The position numbers and the translations under genes are program-made. Below the pieces are notes generated by a model, which did no database searches, was not told where the DNA came from, and saw only the letters and a list, made by a program, of their open reading frames with translations. From positions 1 to 48,776 of the forward strand of contig JAHBMJ010000382.1 of assembly GCA_018398765.1 (NCBI GenBank): a stretch of 48,776 bases of DNA, written 5' to 3'. Origin of the DNA: Chromera velia. Taxonomy: Eukaryota. Below are positions 39,531 to 48,776 of this stretch, one piece after another (within the stretch, counting starts at the first letter, position 1; each line of letters opens with the position of its first letter).

Positions 39531-41179
39531 GGGGAGAGAGAGTTCGTCAATCGGTCAATCCTTCATTCTGATATCCAATTTTGCCTTCTGTCTATCTGGA
39601 CTCCAATACTCAATTTCTCTGTTGCCTGCCTGCCTGCTTGCCTGCCTCTCTTTCCATGAGCATTTTTCTCTTTTTCTTTCTTGAACTCCTCTTGCTTCGA
39701 CCTTTATCTGATACAAATATCACCTGCAACACGTCTGCCGGTTGATTTGTCTTTCCTTCCTTCGTTTCCCCTCAAATCAAGCTCAGAGAAGGCTGACCGA
39801 TGTCAGACCGGAGCCAGTCACGAAAAGTCAGCACATTCTGCAGACAGTCCAGAAGATGGGAACAAAGTAGAGGTCAATTCCTCCTATGGGATCGTCGTGT
39901 TGTTGGTATAGCCAGAGAGAGCACCATCTGTGTAGAGAATGCCTCATATTTTTCCGTGCAGATAGAAAGAGATAAAGATAGAAATCCAATTGGTCGTTGA
40001 AAAAGCGGGCAGCTTTATGCAAGCCTTAAATACAGACCCATCGATCGAACTGTATCTGTCCCTTAAATTCTCAACTTCACTAGTCCCGCCTCTAGCTCTC
40101 CTCCCCTGCCTGAAGGTCCCATCAAAGGAGCTCCCTCGCTTCAGACACGCGAAGTTAAAATGAATGATCCACACGCACCTTTGCTTCTGAGCTTTGCGGC
40201 ATCCGATAGGGGAGTGCGGGTTTTGAGATGGAGGCTTGCTGCGTGGCCTCTGTCAGTCTCCGCTGGACGCAAAAGACTGAGGGCTCGAAGAAGGATCGAC
40301 TGCCGACTTCTATCTGCATCATGTGTGTGTGTGTGTGTGTGTGTGTGCATGGTCAAAGAGGTCCAAAAGGAATGAATGAATGAAGAAAGGAAGAAATGAA
40401 TGATCGATCAAAGATGCATTCAATGAAAAAAGGGAGACAGACCGACAGAAAGAAAAAAAGAGAAGAGCACTTCTGCCTGCCTGCCATTAAGGAGTCCCTC
40501 CAATCTTTCGACTCCCCTCTTCTCCTTTTCTAGCCACAGAACAAACTGGAGGGGGCTCGGGGCGCGGCACTGGATTCGGTGACACTACTGGGTTCTTAAA
40601 TTGACCTTGAGTATGTCTGTCTGTCTGTCTGTCCGTATAAATGTGTGTGTGCGTGTGTGCGCGCGTGTGCGTGTGCGTGTGTCTGTGCGTGTGTGAGTGA
40701 GTGAGTGAGTGAGGGAGGGAGTGAGGGAGTGGGGGAGGGAGGGAGTGCGTGAGTGAGTGAGTGTGTGTGTGTGTGTGTGTGTATGGTTCTCTCTCCCTCT
40801 CCCTCTCTCTGACTGTGTGTGTGTCTATCTGTCAGTACGTCTGGCTGGCTGGCTGCGGGTGGAGAGAGGGAGACAGAGGGAGAGGGGGGGGGGGAGGGAG
40901 GGGGTGTGAAGCAAGAAATCAAATATGCAAGGCGTATTGGACCCGAGCAAGGCCTACCAGAGTTTGGATGACTGTACCACCCACCCACACCCACCCATCC
41001 ACTCACACACTCTCTCTCACAAACACATATACATATATACACATATGTATACATGCATGCAGTAGCCTCATCAAATTTCTCTCTGGCCGACTCACTTTCA
41101 TGGCAGATGCCACAGACGCTACAGATGCCACAGAACCGGAGCGTCCCCCGCCCTTTCCTGCTTGTGCTTTGGGGGCCAT
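31833..41179 (-). CDS. Multi-exon hypothetical protein, no recognised domain
   Basis: First exon 41179-41096 (MAPKAQAGKGGGRSGSVASVASVASAMK|GTGAG), then many short spliceable exons (DLRLQHTARTLRRIKKTE, VQKEQRKAEDALR|RTAALRKTEK, KKFKVNKSDTGYFDRTVRPGES, WDQGVVVQNSFEQTFARFG, GLYNQSGAFRRAVWNEIYGEDLA); last exon about 32280-31833. Model incomplete and could be two genes. Confidence 0.6.
33810..33906. repeat. (GAA)n trinucleotide tract, intronic
   Basis: Directly visible. Confidence 0.95.
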
Positions 41180-41831
41180 AGTGCAGTTCCTGGCTTCTTG
41201 GCCGCTTTACGTGTCAGAGGGGTCCCTTTTCTTTCTCCATGAACACATGGATGGTTGATCCGTCTCGTGTCCCTTTTACCTGTTGCACGTGGCTGAAGTC
41301 TGAGGTAGAACAGGCAGTGTGAAAGTCAACTTGACGTAAAAGTAAAAAGTGTCAGGTGCTGCAAAATCTCGAAAGGTCAAATCACTTAGTCTGATGAGAT
41401 AATTGAGTTACTGTTCTATTACAATCGCCTATATATTATGCATGGATCCAGGAAATTTAAAAAACAAAAATGCATGTGGTTTTCTCGCCCTTCGCGCGCA
41501 TGCATTTGCGCGCCCAACCATGCATCCACTGACTATAGAAAGGCCGATTGCGCAGCCAAGTACGTAAGCAGTGCCAAGCCTTTGCCTTCATAACCAATGA
41601 TCATTGAATGATGCAGAGCTCATGTGAGACTGGTCTCAAGGCTAGTTGCTTGCGTTTCTTACGCCACCGTGTCAGGTCAAGCGAGTGCGTGTCTGTTGAT
41701 GCACTTTGATCTATCAAGTACCTCTTTTCCGGACCCGTCTCGTGTACATTCCGTCTCGTGGCGCGCTGAGTTGACTTCCGTTAATTCTTTCTATAGCTGC
41801 GCAACCACCGGTCCTCCAAGGAGAGCTAAAG

Positions 41832-42539
41832 ATGAGCGCGCCACCTGAACAGGCATCCCCGGAGCAGCATCTCATGCACCTGCAGGTGCGTAACTGCATG
41901 GTGTTACTCACCCACTAATTCACTCAGATATGCATGTGTGGTAAGTGTATTCTCAGCGTGTCCTTGGTGGACCGCATGACGTGTCCCATTCAGGAATCAA
42001 GGCTGACAGACGCATTGAGGGACAGGCAGCTGGAGACGTTCAGAAATGCAAGGGCTGCGGGGGCAGATGCACGGCTGCGAATTGTCGCTTAGTAGGGTGG
42101 TAGACAGTACAGCCGTCTCCCGTCTCTGTCACGTTATGCGCAGACATGTGTCCCGTCCGGTACGAGCCGGCAATTTTTGCTTTTGAGTGTGTTTGCTGCT
42201 TCTCTGCTATCAGGATGTATGGCCTTTCACGTGAGATGCATGTAAGGAAAAGGACAAAGATCTCTTCTTGATGAATAACCACTTCGACTGCAATTGCAGG
42301 CCCGTCTCCTTGAGGCAATAGCATGCGGCGACTGGAATGAGTGAGTCAGTGAGTCTGTGCGTGTACATCATCATGGCGATCTCTGACCAAACACGACCCT
42401 CTCGCCTGCTCTCTGCCTGTCCAACAGCTGCATTCAGGTACCGATTCGAAGGTCTTTGCGGTGTGTATGCGCCCCCCCGGCTTATCTTCCAGTGCGATTG
42501 CGCGCTTCAATGTGGAAATGATCAGTTTTGTGTCCGTGA

Positions 42540-42598
<59 letters not shown>

Positions 42599-43912
42599 CG
42601 TGTGTGTGAGCGTGTGTGTGTGTGCGTGTGTGTGTCCGTGTGTGTGAGCGACTTGCAGGTACACTGAACTGTGCTCTCCCGAGCTGACGTGCTTCGAGCC
42701 AGAATGTGACGGTCATCTTGTGGACGGGTTGGACTTCCACAAATATTACTTCGAACTTGTCAGTCAGTCAGCCAGTCGGTCTGATGCCAGGCCCCCATGA
42801 GGTTGTCTGTCTTACTTTCTGTCTTTCTGTCTATTTGTGCCATCGAGTCTGTCTGTCTGTGTACATGAAGAGAGAGCACCCTGTTTGTCGCTCTGCTATG
42901 CCTGTCACCGCCTGTGCCTGTCATGGAGAGGTGGAGTTTGTCCGTCGGGAACACAAATCCATCCTTTTTCCTGCATCGCACATGGAGAACAACGCAGCAT
43001 GGGGGGCCTATGGTCGCAACCTGTTTGTCACTTCTATCTCTGCAGGCAGCTCACAAGAAAAGCACAGCCCCGCCCCCCCAACAGCCCATGATGGCCAGAC
43101 CTGCACCCCCTCCCCAGACCACAGTGCTCAACACCCGAATCAAAATGGTCTGCCTGCCTGCCTGTCTCCCTGTCTGCCTGGCTCCCTGCCTGTCTGTGTG
43201 CCTGTCTGTCTGTGTGCCTGTCTGTCTGTCTGTCTGTCTGTCTGTCTTTGTTGGTTCAGCGGTGCATGGTGTCTCTCTTGATCCCTATTCGCGTGTTCGC
43301 TCTCGGGGCCAGACAAGTCAGACGCACACATCTGCAGATACAAAATTGATACGCGTGGCCGAGCCATGGGGCCGAAAGAGGAAAAGGAAAGACGAGCGCA
43401 CGATCACGAAGAAGAGAAGCAGCGAATCAGTCTCAGTTGATAGATGGATGCGTCTCGTAAATCCTTCCCAACCCTCTCTCATGCAGCATTTGTCCTGCAC
43501 AGGTCTGCCTCATTCGGTTCTTTTTTTCTTGTTTTTTGTTCTCACGCTTGCATCACTCGATCGTATCTGTCCCTCCCTTTGACTTTGAGAAATCAAAATC
43601 TGTCTTCTGCATTCCTTTTGTGTTCTCGTAGTTTGGGGATAACGGAGCCCTCGTCACGTACAATCGGTTAATACAGGTCAGTCTGTCTGGTCCGTCCTTC
43701 CTTCTTTCCTTCCTTCCTTCCTTCCTTCCTTCCGTCGGTGCCCTTCATGTCTCATTATTGATTTTTCAGCCGATTTCCCGTGTCTGCCCGTCTCTCTGTC
43801 TCTCGGTAGTCGGCCTGCCCCCTCAAAACAACACAAACAGCACGAGAAGTCAGGGAGAATCTTCAGGCTTACCGTCTGCAATGAAAAAGAAAAAAAACAT
43901 GTACTATGCGTT

Positions 43913-43959
<47 letters not shown>

Positions 43960-44034
43960 ATGTGTGTGTGTGTGTGCGCGTGTGTGTCTCTGTCTCTGTC
44001 TCTCTCTCGCTGTCTCTCTCTCTCTCTCTCTCTC

Positions 44035-44069
<35 letters not shown>

Positions 44070-44272
44070 TGTCTATGTGAACCCTTACTTCTTCTGTGCA
44101 GGTGCATGACGACCAGACGAAGAAGCCGACCACATTGATCTCGATGGAGACCCGCATCTGGGAGAGACAACCAGGAAACAGGTGGATGAATGTCCACTTT
44201 CATCGGTCGGTTCATTGGTTGGAGTATGGTAGTCTGTTCCGCCAGCAGGCGGACTGGATGTCAGGCAGCTAG
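41832..44272 (+). CDS. Stand-alone CaMKII association (hub) domain protein with no kinase domain
   Basis: Phase-consistent exons 41832-41885, 42300-42340, 42659-42758, 43046-43147, 43632-43676, 44102-44272 give [94 protein letters not shown]. The 3' end is uncertain (possible extra exons about 44608-44949). Confidence 0.9.
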
Positions 44273-45189
44273 GCATTCTGCTCGTCTGTTTGTCTCTCTT
44301 TGCGAAGCTGGGGAGGTAGCATCGGATGCGAAAATGTAAGCAGCAGACATCACCGTCTTTGCCAGTAAACGGAGTCCATCTATGGCAAACCATACCGTCT
44401 GCATCTCTCTATCTCTATCTTTCTCTATCCATCCCTTCATCGGCCCACCCCCCTTTCTTATCCACATCTGTTTGCCTTTTACCTAGCGATTCTGTCTGCT
44501 TGTTTGTCTACCCACGTGGATCTGTGTCCGCGTTTGTGTGTCCGTCTGTCTTTTCGAAGTATTTTCCCTCTTTGTTCCGCGGGAATCTTCCTATTGCTCT
44601 GTGCAGGGACTTTAGAAACGAAAAAAAGGCAGAAGAACTCGCTACAGCGGCACTTGCCGTCGGAGAATTTTGCCGCACGGTATCTATCTGTATTGACACC
44701 CCTACCTACCTACCTACCTACCTACCTACCCTCTTTTTGCAGTTCTTTCCAGGGAAAGTCCTGAGAGAGAAAAGGAGAGTAGTTTCATCGGACTGGATTG
44801 CCTCTAGTGGAGCCGTAAATACAAGTGTGGAAGGGGCAGCGCGAAAACCCGATTCGAAACAAGAAGCGGTGGAGCTTGAGGGCGTTTGCATAAAAACATT
44901 GTGTTTTCACTCTTGCTTTATCTGGCCAATTGTGTTGAGTGCAACTTGACTAACCAGGCCCCTGAAAAGGTCTGCATCTGGCACGGTTGAGTTTCGATTT
45001 CCTTCAAAGGAAAAAAAGTTGCGGCCACCACCTACCGTCTCGCATAAGATAGGCACGGACATCAAAAGATAGTAGAATTCGAGGGAAAAGGGCTGTTTTC
45101 ACAACAAAGAGATTTTTAAAGATTCGGAGAGGCGATTTGAAAAACGTGATGCGAAGTGACAAGCGGCTCGGTGCCTCTGAGCGGCTCCT

Positions 45190-45830
45190 ACTATAGTTAT
45201 AACTTTAAGAATCATAAGCCAACGTCTACTCTGACACTGGTTGAATATCATGATGTATGTTTGTAATTGATTGATTTAGAATTTAATGAATAATGACGTA
45301 AGAAAGGAGAATATGTTACAATATAAAGGGCACTGGCATACTTCCGCATACTGCCGCATATAGGACAATTAACATATATTTTGACGTAAAAATAAATTTT
45401 TGAACATTTAATGGTAAGTTAGACGGTAACATCTATGAAGTGACATTTAATTCTATACCTTAATTGATCAAAAAAGTAATTTAAAACTTATATAATATGC
45501 TAGGCAATATGTAGGCTAAAACTTGAATTTAGACTTAAACTCAGTTAAAGATACACTTATTGTTAAGTTTTTAATGTCCGTAGTAATGTCCGGAACTAGA
45601 ATTGGCCTTGATTCTACCACAATGAAGTCCTGCTATCGGCTGGCGACGGCTGCTACTAACGTGTTAGGACATGCATCATGCCTTATCATGCCTGACCATT
45701 TTATGGATTCATGCTAATGGAATATTATAAAATTAGACAAAATCAAACTTGAAAACTAAACAAACGTGAACACAACAATATACACAACAGTTGTTTCGAC
45801 TTGCCAATGACTGTTTGAATGATTTTCTAG
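45190..45830. other. AT/TpA-rich intergenic island between convergent genes
   Basis: Sharp compositional switch, no credible ORF. Boundaries approximate. Confidence 0.55.
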
Positions 45831-46329
45831 TTTCACAGGAACATAATTAAAGAAAAAATTGTTTCACAATACTGTTTTTTTTCTACCATTTGTTTCCGCT
45901 TTAATATGGTCCTTCAAGTTCAGCCAAAAGTGGGATGAGAACTTTTTGAAGCTAATTACAGAGAAATGTATCTGATAAGATAGTAGGCCAGAGATAGAAT
46001 AAGGAAGGATTGCACGGGTGCATTTCAATGCATTCATGGGAAGAAAGATTCGCATCGTTGTGGAAACACTTGAAGACAGTCAAAACGTCAAAATTGGATA
46101 GCAACTTTTTGAGCCTAAGGAACTTGCCAAGTTGTCCGACTCCGCACTTCGGGGACAGCCTCGGTTGGCGGACGAACTGAACTGATAGAACTGGATCCAA
46201 CATCACCACGCACGATGTGCAGGTTGAATCAGGGACTGAGCGCGTCACGGCAGGCGGGTGGAGAAAAAACGGCGGAAAGCACCCAGGCAAGCGAGCAAGA
46301 CATACATGCACGGAGAGTGAGAGAGCCCC

Positions 46330-46365
<36 letters not shown>

Positions 46366-46367
46366 CC

Positions 46368-46402
<35 letters not shown>

Positions 46403-46829
46403 CAGGCGGAAATAGAAAGAAAGGACGACAGAAAGAAAAAGCGCACGCGCATCAAAACAGAAAAAAGCCTCAACAGAACAGTAAAAGTCAATCAATGATG
46501 CGCTCCACCCAGGCCGTTGTCGAGTCTTCTGTGTCGTCGAAAGAAAAAAAAAAGAACCGAAGAATCTTCACGCACGCCTGTCCCCTCTGAGAAGGAAACT
46601 CGATCGATCCTCTTCTGTCCCTCCCCACCTTTCCTCTTCATGTGGTCTCTCCTTTTCATTTCTTCCTCCGCACGTTTCCTCACCTCTTACTACTCACGCT
46701 GGCAGCATGGCCCACCCAATGTGCACCGCAATATTTTTTCCGTTCATTTGTGAAACGAGAAACGCTCACTTTGAACAAACGGTCCCTTCTCTTCCCTTCA
46801 CTTCGCATTGTGCCTCACAAAGCCCATGC

Positions 46830-48605
46830 TCATGCCCTGCTACAATGCCCTGCCCAGGCTTTCTTCCTTTGGCTGGTGGTCAAACAGCCGCACAATGCCC
46901 TGCCCAGGCTTTCTTCCTTTGGCTGGTGGTCAAACAGCCGCACGCCCTTCAAGAGAAGCCGAAAAGCTTCGAACATGATCAAGCCAACGTTCCGAAGAGT
47001 GGGCCAGAGACGGAAGACAGGAGGATCTCCGGGAACTTCTCTGCGTGCATGCGTGAACATATTTAATTGTCTGTTGGGCACACAAATACAGATACCTGTA
47101 GTTCGAGGCATGTGTTGATGCAATGGACACACAGGCATACAAACAGACCAGAGACGATAGAAGGAAGTTTCTTCGGCTGTCTTCCCGTGCAAAGCACACT
47201 TTTCCTCTCGATCCGGGCCTGTTGCTTTACTCGCGTCGCCACTGCTATCTTGACTCATGCATAAGCTCCGCAACATGCAGAAAAAAACATCACAGTGCAG
47301 GTCATCTTCTGTCGTTTCTTCTGTTCCCTTGATGTGCATGCAGTAAGTGCTGCGGGCGTCATCTCATATTCGTCCGGCTGGCTACTCACCTCACAAGGAG
47401 AGACGCAGTCACGACAGGCGGACGATTTTCTGCCTCCACACCCTTGGCCTTTGATGGTTGTTCCTCTCTGTCTGTGAGAGCGCTCTGACAGCTTTGGAGC
47501 TTCTCTTTTGTGTCTTCAGGGGGTCTTCGTCTTTCTTGGACTTTTTTCCTGCACTCAAGCTCCATCACTCTCTCTCCCTCTGCATCCGTCCCTTCCTGGA
47601 TTCTTTCTGTCTCCTGAGAGTCCTCACAGTCGTTGCAGAGAGTCACCGACAGTGCGATGGTTGAGCCTGTTTCTCCGGGTCGGAATTTCCTCACATCCGC
47701 CCGGAATTTGTAGTGCTGCCCTCTGAGCGGGTTGAAGGGCGACACGAACATTCTCTTCGCCTGTCTGTCTGCCCCTTTCCTCACAAGCCCGTTCTGCACA
47801 AACGCATTCATGTGCGCGTACATGCGTGCGTGTGTGCGTGTATACGCGCGCGCGAACTCGTGCATGCATTCTCTCTCTATCTCTGCACACACACAGATAG
47901 ATAAGTGCCACTTGACTAATGTGTCTGGGATCGGACGTCAAACAGGACAGCAGAACCTAGAGCGCATCGACAGCAGGAATGGAGACTGCATGCGAGATCA
48001 TAAGAAAAGCTTCCCCTACACTATGACGATTGACGTTGCCAGACCACATGCTCGTACATGCAAACGGATATCTGAAATCTTTGTCATCCAGTGCATCGAT
48101 CGACGAAATACATGCAGCACTCGGGTAGAACGTCGCAATTTAGCGGAGAGGGCCTGCAGCCAGGCAGAGCTTTGAACACTCACACCAAAACTTTTTTGAT
48201 ATCAATTACAGGCCTGCCTGCCTGCCTACCTCCAGAGGCAGACAGTAGAGGACGTTCTCAAACCAGGGGATGTTCCAGACCTCCAGCAATAGAGCCCCAT
48301 TCTGGAAGCTGTCGGGGAAACTTTCTTTCCTCTTCCTATTGCTAACCTCCTCTTCTTCCAAACGCCCTCTCCCTGTACCCGATTCCCCGCATGCTCTGCT
48401 TCCCTGCTCCTCCTCTTCTCCCTCTGGTCTCTGTCTTCTCGAGACCAGGTACACACTGATGGAGTTGAAGCAGTGACCGCCAAACCGCAGCTCCGTGAGA
48501 ATAAATATCTGCCCAGGAGAAAAACCAAGCTCCGACAGCACAAAGCGCTCAACCTCAGAGGCAGACTGGAAGGAATGGTCCCTCCACTCGAAAGACAGGA
48601 TCCGT
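46830..48605 (-). CDS. DUF1365 family protein (5' exons beyond the window end)
   Basis: Exons 48605-48230, 47793-47390, 47040-46830 give LTELRFGGHCFNSISVY, LLEVWNIPWFENVLY, KRMFVSPF and IMFEAFRLLLKGV, matching the DUF1365 pattern FNPxSxY / EVxNTP / KxFHVSPF / IxxxALxLxxKG. Confidence 0.8.
46842..46943. repeat. Exact 50-bp tandem duplication at the 3' end of the DUF1365 CDS
   Basis: ACAATGCCCTGCCCAGGCTTTCTTCCTTTGGCTGGTGGTCAAACAGCCGC starts at 46842 and 46892. Confidence 0.95.
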
Positions 48606-48618
48606 CTGCACACACACG

Positions 48619-48653
<35 letters not shown>

Positions 48654-48677
48654 ACGCAGAAACACACACACATGCAC

Positions 48678-48715
<38 letters not shown>

Positions 48716-48739
48716 ACGCAGAAACACACACACATGCAC

Positions 48740-48776
<37 letters not shown>

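Overview
This is eukaryotic, intron-rich genomic DNA with microsatellite-filled GT-AG introns and abundant TGCATGCA. Style and gene content suggest an alveolate, probably a chromerid such as Chromera (inference). Splicing by hand gives nine genes that strictly alternate strand (-,+,-,+,-,+,-,+,-): MAEA/GID9 (partial), a stand-alone HHxxxDG condensation-type acyltransferase, N-acylated Rab5B, COX17, an orphan acidic protein, SRP9, a second orphan, a kinase-less CaMKII association (hub) domain protein, and a DUF1365 protein (partial). Genes sit in head-to-head pairs 0.6-1.1 kb apart. Every tail-to-tail interval holds an AT/TpA-rich decayed island, and one also holds a dead RT+RLE non-LTR retrotransposon whose lesions look like pure C>T/G>A hypermutation (RIP-like). 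The most unusual signals are: (1) the same short insert (CTTTCATACAGAATTCTTTTT core) between direct duplications of an exon end plus GTCAG donor in two unrelated genes, each creating an in-frame duplicate micro-exon; (2) the RIP-like signature; (3) a roughly 40-bp hairpin motif shared by two bidirectional promoters. Most ORFs in the supplied track are microsatellite or antisense artefacts.
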